DNA of 48,218 nucleotides from a bacterium. GTDB taxonomy: Bacteria; Patescibacteriota; Patescibacteriia; 2-12-FULL-60-25. Of this stretch, positions 27,401 to 36,197 are shown in pieces. Every line of letters starts with the position of its first letter. Positions within the stretch are counted from its first letter, which is position 1. The translations under genes and the position numbers were made by a program. The stretch spans positions 1 to 48,218 of the forward strand of contig JANLIO010000059.1 in assembly GCA_024654265.1 (NCBI GenBank), in the 5' to 3' direction. Under the pieces are notes generated by a model, which was not told where the DNA came from, searched no databases, and worked only from the letters and a program-made list of their open reading frames with translations.

Positions 27401-27871
27401 CGTACAGGAGATGCGTACGAGCATAAGCCGACGGTTGGATACATCTACATGCTGAAATTGAATCACATGGTTGAAGATAAGATTCACCAACGATCAATCG
27501 GGCCATACTCCCTTATCACTCAGCAACCACTTGGTGGAAAAGCACAGTCTGGTGGGCAACGCTTCGGAGAAATGGAAGTGTGGGCGCTTGAAGCCTATGG
27601 CGCGGCGCATACATTGCAGGAAGTTTTGACCATCAAGTCAGACGATGTGCCAGGACGATCCAAGGCGTATGAATCTATCATTAAAAAAGAACCAATCCGA
27701 AAGGTAAACGTACCAGAGTCATTCAACGTTCTTGTCCGCGAATTAAAGGGACTCTGTCTGGATGTTGAGCTCTTGAAAGAAGGACATCGTATTGATGAAA
27801 CCGGGCCTCGTCGTACCCGATCATCCGCACCAAAGAATGAAACAGAGTGGGGACCTAGTTCTTCGTCGTAG
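24431..27871 (+). CDS. rpoB: RNA polymerase beta subunit
   Basis: GTFIVNG.ERV, SQLSQFMDQTN, HYGRICP, GDKLAGRHGNKG, GGQRFGEMEVWALEAYG. Confidence 0.99.
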   Translation: MSTMAFRRLPPKETARRYFTAARDAIALPDLIEVQKQSYDWFLKEGIRDLFNEVSPVKDFIGRDLELTFTDYYFDEPKFDEVTSKAKKVNYESPIRVKTKLVNKRTGESQEQEVYLGDLPIMTDRGTFIVNGIERVVVTQLVRSSGAFFTAVAHRGRRHYGAKVIPNRGAWLEFETDSKNVIWVKIDRKRKVAATSLLRAFGFATDEEIKALFTEVDIHPVIKYIDATLAKDLAKNEEEGSIEVYKRIRPGDLATSDNARSLIHSMFFNFDRYDLGNVGRYKFNHRFGVDANAGDVSKEENRILTKEDLVMILREVIRLNISQEEPDDVDHLGNRRVRAVGELVQGRFRIGLARMERIIKDRMSTLEITTLRPAKLVNARPVIGAIREFFMSSQLSQFMDQTNPLSSLEHKRRLSAMGPGGLSRERAGFDVRDVHRTHYGRICPIASPEGPNIGLVGHLATYARINDFGFIETPYRKVKNWAGNDGKDAIGETLRVDVSDGSGSVIGKANEDVTKELAKALKDISMPKIPIIPRVLTEIVFLNAFAEERGTTAPATTPIGKDGRFLVQRASARKHGEPTMVDVHEIEFVDVSSKQILSVGTSLIPFVEHDDGQRALMGTNMQRQAVPCVKPDAPIVGTGVERRAAIDAGDVVIADEGGVVVSLAGDHVELKTESGNIRRYDLVKFQRSNSSTCINQIPRVEKGQKVHAGEVLIDGTSCENGELALGQNLLCAFLSWDGYNYEDAIILSERLVHKDRFTSIHIEHFPLDVRDTKLGPEVVTADIPNVSEEKLKNLDEMGIVRVGAEVKSGDILVGKITPKGETDLSAEEKLLRAIFGEKARDVRDTSLYLQHGGHGKVVGVTIFSREAGDKLQPGVTKQIVVSIADLRKVQVGDKLAGRHGNKGVISKIVPLADMPFMEDGTPVDIILSPLGVVSRMNLGQILETHLGLAANALGYTVATPVFDGVSETTIREELLKAGFPEDGKIAVYDGRTGDAYEHKPTVGYIYMLKLNHMVEDKIHQRSIGPYSLITQQPLGGKAQSGGQRFGEMEVWALEAYGAAHTLQEVLTIKSDDVPGRSKAYESIIKKEPIRKVNVPESFNVLVRELKGLCLDVELLKEGHRIDETGPRRTRSSAPKNETEWGPSSSS

Positions 27872-27931
27872 AACGTAGAACGTATTACGTATCATTTAAG
27901 ATAACGATTCACGAAACACGATCTACGAAAC
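27867..27931. repeat. Two opposed 7-bp tandem arrays filling the rpoB-rpoC spacer
   Basis: cgtagaa cgtagaa cgtatta cgtatca ... acgattc acgaaac acgatct acgaaac. Confidence 0.7.
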
Positions 27932-27933
27932 AT

Positions 27934-30900
27934 ATGGCTTATTTCCAAACAGAAAACATCAAGACAACAGACTTCGATGCAATCCGATTGAAGCTCGCGT
28001 CCCCTGAGATCATTCGAGCGTGGTCCTACGGTGAGATCATGAAGCCGGAGACGATCAACTATCGAACACAGAAGCCTGAAAAGTCAGGACTCTTTGCCGA
28101 AGAAATTTTTGGTCCATCAAAAGACTGGGAATGTTATTGCGGGAAGTATAAGAAGATTCGATATAAGGGTATTATTTGCGACAAGTGTGGCGTTGAAGTG
28201 ACGCACTCGCTCGTTCGTCGTGAACGAATGGGTCACATTGAATTGGCGGCACCGGTTTCGCATATTTGGTTTTTGCGTGGCGTACCGTCACGAATTGGAA
28301 CCGTGCTCGATATGTCTGTGCAGTCACTTGAAAAAGTTATTTACTTCGCATCATTCATTGTGACTGAAGTGAAGGAAGAATTACGTGAACAAGTCGCATT
28401 ACAAATAAAGACGGAATTCGCAGGAAAGAAAAAAGCGATTGAAGGTGACTTTACGCGTGATGAAAAGCAGGCGACAGAAACGATTGAGGGTCAAGAGGCG
28501 CTTGAGACACGAATGATCGAACTTGCGGGAACAAAAACACGTCGGCTTGAAGAGCTTGATGAAGAGTTCAAAATGTCTGAAAAGGAATTGAAAGAATTGA
28601 AACCGCTCAAGATCATGAGTGAGAATGAGTATCATGAACTTTCATTGAAGTACGGACATATTTTTGAAGCGAAGATTGGTGCAGAAGCAATCAACGATCT
28701 TTTGAGCAAGATTGATGTTCAAGCGACAATTGATGCTCTTGAAGCAGAGCACGTAGATGCATCAGAAGCACGGAAAGATCGTATTGTTCGCCGATTGAAG
28801 CTTTTGAAATCACTTGTTCTCCAAGATATTTTTCCAGACTGGATGGTGTTGAAAGTTGTTCCGGTTATTCCACCAGACCTTCGTCCAATGGTCGCGCTTG
28901 ATGGTGGTCGTTTCGCAACATCAGACTTGAACGATTTGTATCGTCGCGTGATTAACCGAAACAACCGTTTGAAACGATTGAAGGAGTTGAATGCTCCTGA
29001 GGTTATCTCACGGAATGAAAAACGCATGTTGCAGGAAGCGGTTGATGCGCTTATTGATAACAGCGCACGCCATTCAAAGACTGTCATTGCGGCAACGGGA
29101 AAGAAGCGACAGTTGAAATCACTCGCTGACCTTTTGAAGGGAAAGCAGGGACGTTTCCGACAGAACCTTCTTGGAAAGCGCGTCGACTATTCCGGTCGAT
29201 CCGTGATTGTCGTTGGACCAACACTCGATTTTCATCAGTGTGGATTACCAAAGATCATGGCGCGAGAGTTGTTTAAGCCATTCATTATCGCGGAGCTCAT
29301 CAAGCGCGAATTGGTTCACAACATTCGTTCAGCAAATCGATTTATCGAAGCAGATCATCCTGAGGTGTGGGATATTTTGGAAGTGATTGCGGCAGATTCG
29401 GTTGTGCTCTTGAACCGTGCTCCAACCCTTCACCGTTTGGGTATTCAGGGTTTTCAACCAAAACTCATTGAAGGAAAAGCAATTCAGATTCATCCAATGG
29501 TCTGTCCTGCTTTTAACGCTGACTTTGATGGTGACCAGATGGCTGTTCACGTTCCGTTGACAGCAGAGGCTCGTGAGGAAGCGAAGAACATCATGCTTTC
29601 AACGAAGAACTTGCTGAAACCGGCAACCGGGCAACCAGTGGCACGGCCAGACAAAGACATCGCGTGGGGATGCTATTACATGACAACGATGGTTGAGCCG
29701 GAAAATGGAAAAATAAAAACATTTGGCACAGCCGCGGAAGCGATTTGTACGTATCAGCTTGGTCGACTCAGCATTCGTGAGAAAATTAAAACACGATTAC
29801 AAATCGGCGGAGAAATATTGGAGACAACGGTCGGTCGTGTGTTATTGAATGATTTGTTTCCAAAAGAAATTTCATTCCGAAATGAAGCGATTGGTACAAA
29901 ACAGTTGGGTGAAATTACGCGAACAAGTCTTGAGATCCGTGGCTTTGAGCGAACGGCTCGATTCCTTGATGAAGTAAAGAACATGGGCTTCTCGTACATC
30001 ACCAAATCTGGATTTTCGTACGGAATGGGTGACCTTCCAAAGCTCGATGCAAAGCGCGAAGTGTTGGATGAGGGAGAGGCGAAACAAGCCATGGTCGAAG
30101 GACAATATAAAGATGGTTTGTTAACGAGGAAAGAACGGTACGCGCAGATCATTAAGATTTGGACGGACGTGAAAGATCGAATTCAGAAAATGTCTAAAGA
30201 TTCATTGACGCCAAATGAAACCGTGGCATCCATGATCGACTCCGGTGCTCGTGGTTCGTTAGGTCAGCTGACAAACGTGATCGGGATGAAGGGTCTTGTG
30301 GCAAACCCAGCCGGTGACATTATCGAGCTCCCAATCAAATCATCATTACGCGAAGGGTTGGACGTGCTTGAGTACTTCATCTCTTCTCACGGGACACGAA
30401 AGGGTTTGACAGACACGGCGTTGAAGACAGCAAACGCCGGATATCTGACACGTCGTCTCGTTGACGTTGCGCAAGATGTCATCATTATGGATGAAGATTG
30501 TGGCGACACAGATGGTGTGGTTCTTGTCCACGAAGAATGTGAAGAAATCGGAGAACCACTTTTGACTCGTCTCATGGGACGCGTTGCAATGTCGCCGATC
30601 AAAAATCCAAAGACAAACCGCTCTGTTATCGTGAAAGCCGGAGAGCTCATCGTTGAGGATCACATTCGTGCGATTGAAGCCACGGGTGAAATATTGAAAG
30701 AAGCGCACGTACGATCCGTTTTAACGTGTAAGCTCCGCTCAGGTTTGTGTGCACAGTGCTACGGCTACGATCTTGCCTACAACCGATTGGTTGGGCTTGG
30801 AACGGCCGTTGGTATTGTCGCTGCCCAGTCCATTGGTGAACCGGGGACACAGCTGACAATGCGTACGTTCCACACAGGAGGTGTTGCAGGAACCGACATC

Positions 30901-31887
30901 ACACAGGGTCTCCCACGTGTTGAAGAATTATTCGAAGCGCGTCAGCCAAAACACAAAGCACTTGTAACGGATGTGGCTGGCAAGGTGTCTGTTATTCAGG
31001 GGGAGCGTCGTATTATTGAAACGCCGTCTGGAGAACGTGTCTTGGATCAAGAGTCGGGTGGAAAGATTATTCAAATTGAATTCATCGATGTACGTGAAGA
31101 TGTGTATCCTCCTCTCAAAAAGTCAGATGTTGTGAAAGTGAAGGATGGTGACACTGTGGTCGAAGGACAAGTCCTTGTTGTTCACGCAACAGGTGAAGAA
31201 GAGGTTGCTCCACAGCACGGAACGGTTACAGTCGATGGGAAGAAACTGAAATTGATTTGGAACGGTCCGGCGAAAAAAGAATATTTAGTTCCAACCGGAT
31301 TCCAGGTATACGTGAAAGATGGAGACGAGGTATTGGAAGGTGATCAATTAACTGAAGGTCACTTGGACCTCACACAGCTCTTCCGATTGAAGGGACGTGA
31401 TGCCGTTATGCGTTATCTTCTTCGTGAGGTGCTCCACATCTACGCGTCACAGGGACAACGATTAAACGCAAAGCATATTGAAATTATCGTTCGCCAAATG
31501 TTCTCACGAACGTATGTGAAGGACGCGAAAGATACATTGCTTTTGCCAGGCGAAGTGGTTGACCGACTTCGAGCCGAGGGAGAGAATGAAGAGGCGGAGC
31601 AAAAAGGAGTTGTGCCGGCAGAGCTTGAAAATCTCTTTATGGGGATCACGAAGGTTTCGCTCACAACAGAATCATTCCTTTCGGCAGCTTCTTTCCAAGA
31701 AACCGCGCGTGTATTAATTAACGCCGCAGTAACCGGAAAGATTGATACGCTTGATGGATTGAAGGAAAATGTCATCATCGGACGTCTTATCCCATCGGGA
31801 ACCGGCTTTTCATCATATAAAGACGGTGTCTTGATCGAACAGCCGGAAGACGTTGTTGAAGAAAAAGTAATTGAAGAAAATGCGTAA
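27934..31887 (+). CDS. rpoC: RNA polymerase beta' subunit
   Basis: PETINYRT, Zn finger CYCGKY..CDKC, NADFDGD, QSIGEPGTQLTMRTFH, SAASFQET. Confidence 0.99.
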   Translation: MAYFQTENIKTTDFDAIRLKLASPEIIRAWSYGEIMKPETINYRTQKPEKSGLFAEEIFGPSKDWECYCGKYKKIRYKGIICDKCGVEVTHSLVRRERMGHIELAAPVSHIWFLRGVPSRIGTVLDMSVQSLEKVIYFASFIVTEVKEELREQVALQIKTEFAGKKKAIEGDFTRDEKQATETIEGQEALETRMIELAGTKTRRLEELDEEFKMSEKELKELKPLKIMSENEYHELSLKYGHIFEAKIGAEAINDLLSKIDVQATIDALEAEHVDASEARKDRIVRRLKLLKSLVLQDIFPDWMVLKVVPVIPPDLRPMVALDGGRFATSDLNDLYRRVINRNNRLKRLKELNAPEVISRNEKRMLQEAVDALIDNSARHSKTVIAATGKKRQLKSLADLLKGKQGRFRQNLLGKRVDYSGRSVIVVGPTLDFHQCGLPKIMARELFKPFIIAELIKRELVHNIRSANRFIEADHPEVWDILEVIAADSVVLLNRAPTLHRLGIQGFQPKLIEGKAIQIHPMVCPAFNADFDGDQMAVHVPLTAEAREEAKNIMLSTKNLLKPATGQPVARPDKDIAWGCYYMTTMVEPENGKIKTFGTAAEAICTYQLGRLSIREKIKTRLQIGGEILETTVGRVLLNDLFPKEISFRNEAIGTKQLGEITRTSLEIRGFERTARFLDEVKNMGFSYITKSGFSYGMGDLPKLDAKREVLDEGEAKQAMVEGQYKDGLLTRKERYAQIIKIWTDVKDRIQKMSKDSLTPNETVASMIDSGARGSLGQLTNVIGMKGLVANPAGDIIELPIKSSLREGLDVLEYFISSHGTRKGLTDTALKTANAGYLTRRLVDVAQDVIIMDEDCGDTDGVVLVHEECEEIGEPLLTRLMGRVAMSPIKNPKTNRSVIVKAGELIVEDHIRAIEATGEILKEAHVRSVLTCKLRSGLCAQCYGYDLAYNRLVGLGTAVGIVAAQSIGEPGTQLTMRTFHTGGVAGTDITQGLPRVEELFEARQPKHKALVTDVAGKVSVIQGERRIIETPSGERVLDQESGGKIIQIEFIDVREDVYPPLKKSDVVKVKDGDTVVEGQVLVVHATGEEEVAPQHGTVTVDGKKLKLIWNGPAKKEYLVPTGFQVYVKDGDEVLEGDQLTEGHLDLTQLFRLKGRDAVMRYLLREVLHIYASQGQRLNAKHIEIIVRQMFSRTYVKDAKDTLLLPGEVVDRLRAEGENEEAEQKGVVPAELENLFMGITKVSLTTESFLSAASFQETARVLINAAVTGKIDTLDGLKENVIIGRLIPSGTGFSSYKDGVLIEQPEDVVEEKVIEENA

Positions 31888-32423
31888 TGTCAGGACATAG
31901 TAAATGGCACAAAGTTCGTCAGTTTAAAGGAGCCGTTGATGCAAAACGATCAGCGTCATTTACGAAATTGGCACGCGAAGTAACCGTAGCCGCACGTGAA
32001 GGAGGGGGAGACCCCGACATGAACGTGCGGCTTCGTGTTGCCATTGATCATGCAAAGAAGGAGTCCATGCCAAAGGAGGGCATTGAGCGAGCGATTGATC
32101 GCGGAACAGGTGCATCCAAAGGTGATATCTTAGAAGAATGCATTTACGGCGCGTACGTTTCGGGTGGGGCCGCAATTTTGATTGCGTGTACAACGGACAA
32201 TCGGAATCGTACGGTTGCAGAAGTAAAAAATACACTTACAAAGCAGGGAGTTCATTTTGCAGATGCATCATCGGTGACCTATTTGTTTACGCACGAAGGT
32301 TGGGAGTGGAAACCAATCATGACAATCGAATTATCCGATGAGGACGGTGAAAAGCTTTCGAGTGTTATTGAAGCATTGGATCATTTGGATGACGTTGCTG
32401 AGGTCTATACGAACGCGAATTAA
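31887..32423 (+). CDS. yebC: YebC/PmpR-family protein, short form
   Basis: MSGHSKW, GG.DP.MN.RL, TDNRNRT, LDDVAEVYTN. Confidence 0.92.
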   Translation: MSGHSKWHKVRQFKGAVDAKRSASFTKLAREVTVAAREGGGDPDMNVRLRVAIDHAKKESMPKEGIERAIDRGTGASKGDILEECIYGAYVSGGAAILIACTTDNRNRTVAEVKNTLTKQGVHFADASSVTYLFTHEGWEWKPIMTIELSDEDGEKLSSVIEALDHLDDVAEVYTNAN

Positions 32424-32482
32424 TTTTTGTCTTTTCGACTTTTGCGGAGTTTGTCTACGAGGGAACCTCCGCTGTGGTCGAA

Positions 32483-33010
32483 ATGACAGAAAAAACGTAT
32501 CCAATTTCTCTTCGAATACTCGGAATTGATCCCGGCTTTGGTCGTACCGGGCTTGGTGTTGTGGATTTGATTGGAAATGACGCAATACACGTTTGGCATG
32601 AGGTTATTGAAACCTCGCCTGATATGTCTTTTGTGGAGCGAATACAGATTGTGCGCAATGATCTTGTTGAAGTAATCCGTCGTTTCTCGCCTCATGTTGC
32701 TTCTGTTGAAGATCTTTTTTTTCAATCAAATGCAAAGACTGCTATGAAGGTGGGAATGGCGCGTGGTGTTTTGTTGCTTGGATGTGCTGACGCCGGGCTT
32801 CCGATTGTTGAGGTTAAACCAAATGAATTGAAGCTTGGAATTACAGGCTACGGAAAAGCGGATAAAAAGCAGGTTGAAGAAATGGTTGTTCGACTTTTAA
32901 AAATGGATCATGCACCCGATCTCGACGATGCCTCTGATGCACTTGCGCTCGCGATTGTTGGTGGATTCATGTATCGAACAATGGGAAAAGTAGACTCTGG
33001 TGGCGTGTAA
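32483..33010 (+). CDS. ruvC: Holliday junction resolvase RuvC
   Basis: ILGIDPGFGRTG, VEDLFF, ARGV, TGYGKADKKQV, DDASDALA. Confidence 0.96.
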   Translation: MTEKTYPISLRILGIDPGFGRTGLGVVDLIGNDAIHVWHEVIETSPDMSFVERIQIVRNDLVEVIRRFSPHVASVEDLFFQSNAKTAMKVGMARGVLLLGCADAGLPIVEVKPNELKLGITGYGKADKKQVEEMVVRLLKMDHAPDLDDASDALALAIVGGFMYRTMGKVDSGGV

Positions 33011-33079
33011 CTGGGATAGAAAGGGAGTTGGGCGTGGGTTTATACCGATAGAACTACGTTTCTGCTATTCTATATTGAT

Positions 33080-34105
33080 ATGTTATTCACATCACGATTT
33101 CGTAGCCAAACAGCCGTAGTAGCTGGAGTGCTATTCTTGTTCGCATTTGTTATTTTAGCTCCGTCTGCAAACGCGGCATGTAGCGTGACACTTACGGACG
33201 GAGACTTGATTGTGAATCCAATTGCGCCGATAGTGGATGATTTTGTAAAACTTTACGTGACAGTTGACCCGAATTGCTCGTTGGATCTTGAAGGCTGGGT
33301 TACATTTCGTGCCGATGATTCACAACTTGGTCAGAAACCATTTTCATATAAATCCTCGGGAAAGCCAGAGGAGGTTTGGATTGGATGGACGCCAACAACA
33401 GCAAAGACGTATCTTATCCAAGTAGACGTCAGTAGTGTTGAAGAGGGGGGCATTATCCCAGCGTCGCTGACCCGTGCTGTTTTAGTTGATGTTGATATAG
33501 ACAATGACGGTGTGGGCGATTCGATTGATACAGATGATGATAATGACGGCGTATTGGATGTGAACGATGATTTTCCTTTGGATCCGTCAAAGCAAACGGA
33601 TACAGATGGCGATGGCATCGATAATTCAGTTGATTCGGATGATGATAACGATGGACTTTACGATTATAAGGAGGTGGTTCTACAAACAAATCCTGAAAAT
33701 CATGATACAGACGGGGATGGTGCGTGGGATAAGCAGGATGCTTTTCCTCTTGATCCGTCAAAAACAGAAGAAGTGGTGGTTGTTCCTGCTGTGGTGAGTC
33801 ATTCAAATCCAGACTCTCAAAATACAGCAACCACTTTTGGGATTGGCGAAATCGATACAGGATCTGTTGATGAGCGGAATTCGGAAGAGGGCGCTGATGA
33901 AACGCCACGTCGTTTATATGTGAATGCGGAACGAACCATTGAACCTGTAGAAGATCCGGGAGAAGACGTTCAGGCTGTGGAACAAGAAGATTTAAAAGCA
34001 CGGAGTAAAAAAACACCATGGCTGTGGGGATTGGCTGCGTCGTTCCTTTCTCTTTCCGGTTTCTTTTTGCAAAAAGATCATAAACGACGTAAGGATATGG
34101 GATAA
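33080..34105 (+). CDS. Exported protein with Ig-like domain, thrombospondin type-3 (Ca-binding) repeats and C-terminal anchor
   Basis: Repeated D.D.DG..D..D.DDDNDG and D.FPLDP motifs; C-terminal TM plus basic tail. Confidence 0.85.
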   Translation: MLFTSRFRSQTAVVAGVLFLFAFVILAPSANAACSVTLTDGDLIVNPIAPIVDDFVKLYVTVDPNCSLDLEGWVTFRADDSQLGQKPFSYKSSGKPEEVWIGWTPTTAKTYLIQVDVSSVEEGGIIPASLTRAVLVDVDIDNDGVGDSIDTDDDNDGVLDVNDDFPLDPSKQTDTDGDGIDNSVDSDDDNDGLYDYKEVVLQTNPENHDTDGDGAWDKQDAFPLDPSKTEEVVVVPAVVSHSNPDSQNTATTFGIGEIDTGSVDERNSEEGADETPRRLYVNAERTIEPVEDPGEDVQAVEQEDLKARSKKTPWLWGLAASFLSLSGFFLQKDHKRRKDMG

Positions 34106-34153
34106 AAAAAGAGGCTCCAGTTGTGGAGCCTAAGACCTTTGAGTTTTTGGTTG

Positions 34154-34648
34154 TTACTCTCGATAGATGAAACGGGCGCTTTCCCGTTTTTCGGGGATCT
34201 TCGAAGTCGCTGTCATCGCGTTTGTAAATTCTTCTGCTGGAACACGGACCATGAGTGTTTGTGACCCGATCTCCAGACTGAATTCGATGTATTCACCATC
34301 TACGTTGATTTCGAGTACGCTATCTTTGGCAAGAATATGCTCGATCAACGCGCTTTTGAATCGGTTCATGTTTTCGGCTCGAAAGATCTCGAATACGATA
34401 TGAGTGCTCACATTCCAAATCGGAAGTTCTGTGATGTTGAGGCAGTCGTCGAATTCGTAACGATCTCTTTCATTCCCGTCTCTCTCAAACGAGAGCGCGA
34501 GAGTCGCTGTGTCTCCCGTGACATTGATTCTGATAACAATCAGACAGATCGTAATTCTCTCGGGGAGAACGTCATTGTCATCAATGATGGTGTCGATTGG
34601 TTTTGGATCGTAGGCGTTGAAGCTTCTGTCGATGTCGCGAGGTTCCAT
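34154..34648 (-). CDS. Hypothetical orphan protein (164 aa)
   Basis: AGGAGG SD; TTGACA-17 nt-TATACA promoter upstream; hairpin AGGCTCCA/TGGAGCCT downstream. Confidence 0.7.
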   Translation of the reverse strand: MEPRDIDRSFNAYDPKPIDTIIDDNDVLPERITICLIVIRINVTGDTATLALSFERDGNERDRYEFDDCLNITELPIWNVSTHIVFEIFRAENMNRFKSALIEHILAKDSVLEINVDGEYIEFSLEIGSQTLMVRVPAEEFTNAMTATSKIPEKRESARFIYRE

Positions 34649-34854
34649 GTTGCATTCCTCCTGCCGGGGTACGGCGTTTTGTTGAAAGGACGATGATCAA
34701 GATGATGATCGTTTCGAGTAGAGCTCATTTTGTATATCAGAGAATGAACATCATGTCAATACTATTTGTCCTGTTTTTGCATTGTTATTTCAAGGGATCC
34801 ATGATAGGATTTTATCAGTGAAAAATGATTTTTTAGGTTTGAATTTGAAGAATT

Positions 34855-35607
34855 ATGCAGATTTATTGGCACGGATTTTCATCCATACGAATTGAAGCAA
34901 AGAGTGCGGATACAAACGCAACGTTGGTTACGGATCCATATCAAAATACGTCAGGTCTTCGTTTTCCACGAACCCTTGAGCCAGACGTTGTCGTGATGTC
35001 GCATCCTGATCAGGAGGAGTTTAATTTGGAGTCCTTCGCAAACGCTCCGTATCTCATCTCTGAACCAGGTGAATATGAGAAGGCGGGGATATTTGTTCGT
35101 GGCGTTCCTTCATCCGCGGTTGTGAAGGCTGTAAAAGAGGGCGACGAGGAAGATCCAGAGGCGGATCGTGATGAGGAAGACGCTGAAAAAGAGGTTGAGG
35201 AAGAAAAGGGGGAGGAAAAGGAATCAAAACAAGTTGGAGGTGTTCCGACGATTGTGTACCGCTTTGATGCGGAAGATATCTCACTCGGTTTTCTTGGACA
35301 GATAAATCGACAGCTCACAAGCAGAGAAATTGAAACACTTGGTGAGATTGATATCCTGTTTATTCCGGTCGGCGGTGGAGATGTTCTGGATGCAAAATCG
35401 GCGCATAAAATTATTGATATGATTGAACCGCGTATCGTTATTCCAATGTATTACGATGTGGATGGAGTGAAAGAAAAACTGGATTCAGTGGATTCGTTCT
35501 GTAAGGCGCTCGGATCTTGTGCTCGTGAGAACGTGAATAAGCTAAAGATTACGTCAAAAGATTTACCTCAGGACTCAATGAAGGTTATTGTCATTGAAAG
35601 AGCGTAG
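34855..35607 (+). CDS. MBL-fold metallo-hydrolase-like protein with acidic insertion
   Basis: I.WHG.SS, VTDPY, PGEYE, IDILFIPVGG, EPRIVIPM.Y; metal-binding His residues partly lost. Confidence 0.8.
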   Translation: MQIYWHGFSSIRIEAKSADTNATLVTDPYQNTSGLRFPRTLEPDVVVMSHPDQEEFNLESFANAPYLISEPGEYEKAGIFVRGVPSSAVVKAVKEGDEEDPEADRDEEDAEKEVEEEKGEEKESKQVGGVPTIVYRFDAEDISLGFLGQINRQLTSREIETLGEIDILFIPVGGGDVLDAKSAHKIIDMIEPRIVIPMYYDVDGVKEKLDSVDSFCKALGSCARENVNKLKITSKDLPQDSMKVIVIERA

Positions 35608-35634
35608 TTGGTGAAAAGAACATACGTTTATAAT

Positions 35635-36183
35635 ATGCCTCGAATCCGTTCACGAAATCGTAGACAATCTTCTGAAAATGAAGCGCGTCAGGAATCGCAC
35701 TCTGCATCATTGCGAGCGCTTTCGCGTGATGAGAAGCGCGGGCTTATCCTTGCACATGCCGAAGCGCGAAAGCCAATTCATCCTCGTGATCGGATTACGC
35801 TTTGGGGTGGCGTTATCGTGTGTGCGTTATTTATTGCAGGTGCATGGTTTGCGACAGCGCCAAGTGGCATTGGTCGGATATGGGCAAAGTCACCGGAAGT
35901 TGATGTTTCAAAAATAAAGGAAGCGACGGCTGAATTACAAACAACATTGTCTGATACCGCAGAAGACGTGCAGACGGATCTTGAGTCTGCGTTTACCGAA
36001 GCGCAAAATGTGATTGAACTTGAAGTCGCACGGCAGAGCGCATTGGAGGCATTGCAGAAAAAGCTCGGGGATGAAAAAATCACGCCGGACGAATCAACGA
36101 GTACGGGTTCCGAAGTTATGGCAACATCAACTCAAGAAAGTCTGACAACATCAACCGAACGGATTGAAGGGGGGCAGAATTGA
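35635..36183 (+). CDS. Hypothetical single-TM coiled-coil protein
   Basis: Fills the gap between co-oriented genes; one TM segment. Confidence 0.7.
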   Translation: MPRIRSRNRRQSSENEARQESHSASLRALSRDEKRGLILAHAEARKPIHPRDRITLWGGVIVCALFIAGAWFATAPSGIGRIWAKSPEVDVSKIKEATAELQTTLSDTAEDVQTDLESAFTEAQNVIELEVARQSALEALQKKLGDEKITPDESTSTGSEVMATSTQESLTTSTERIEGGQN

Positions 36184-36197
36184 AAAGCAAAGAATGT

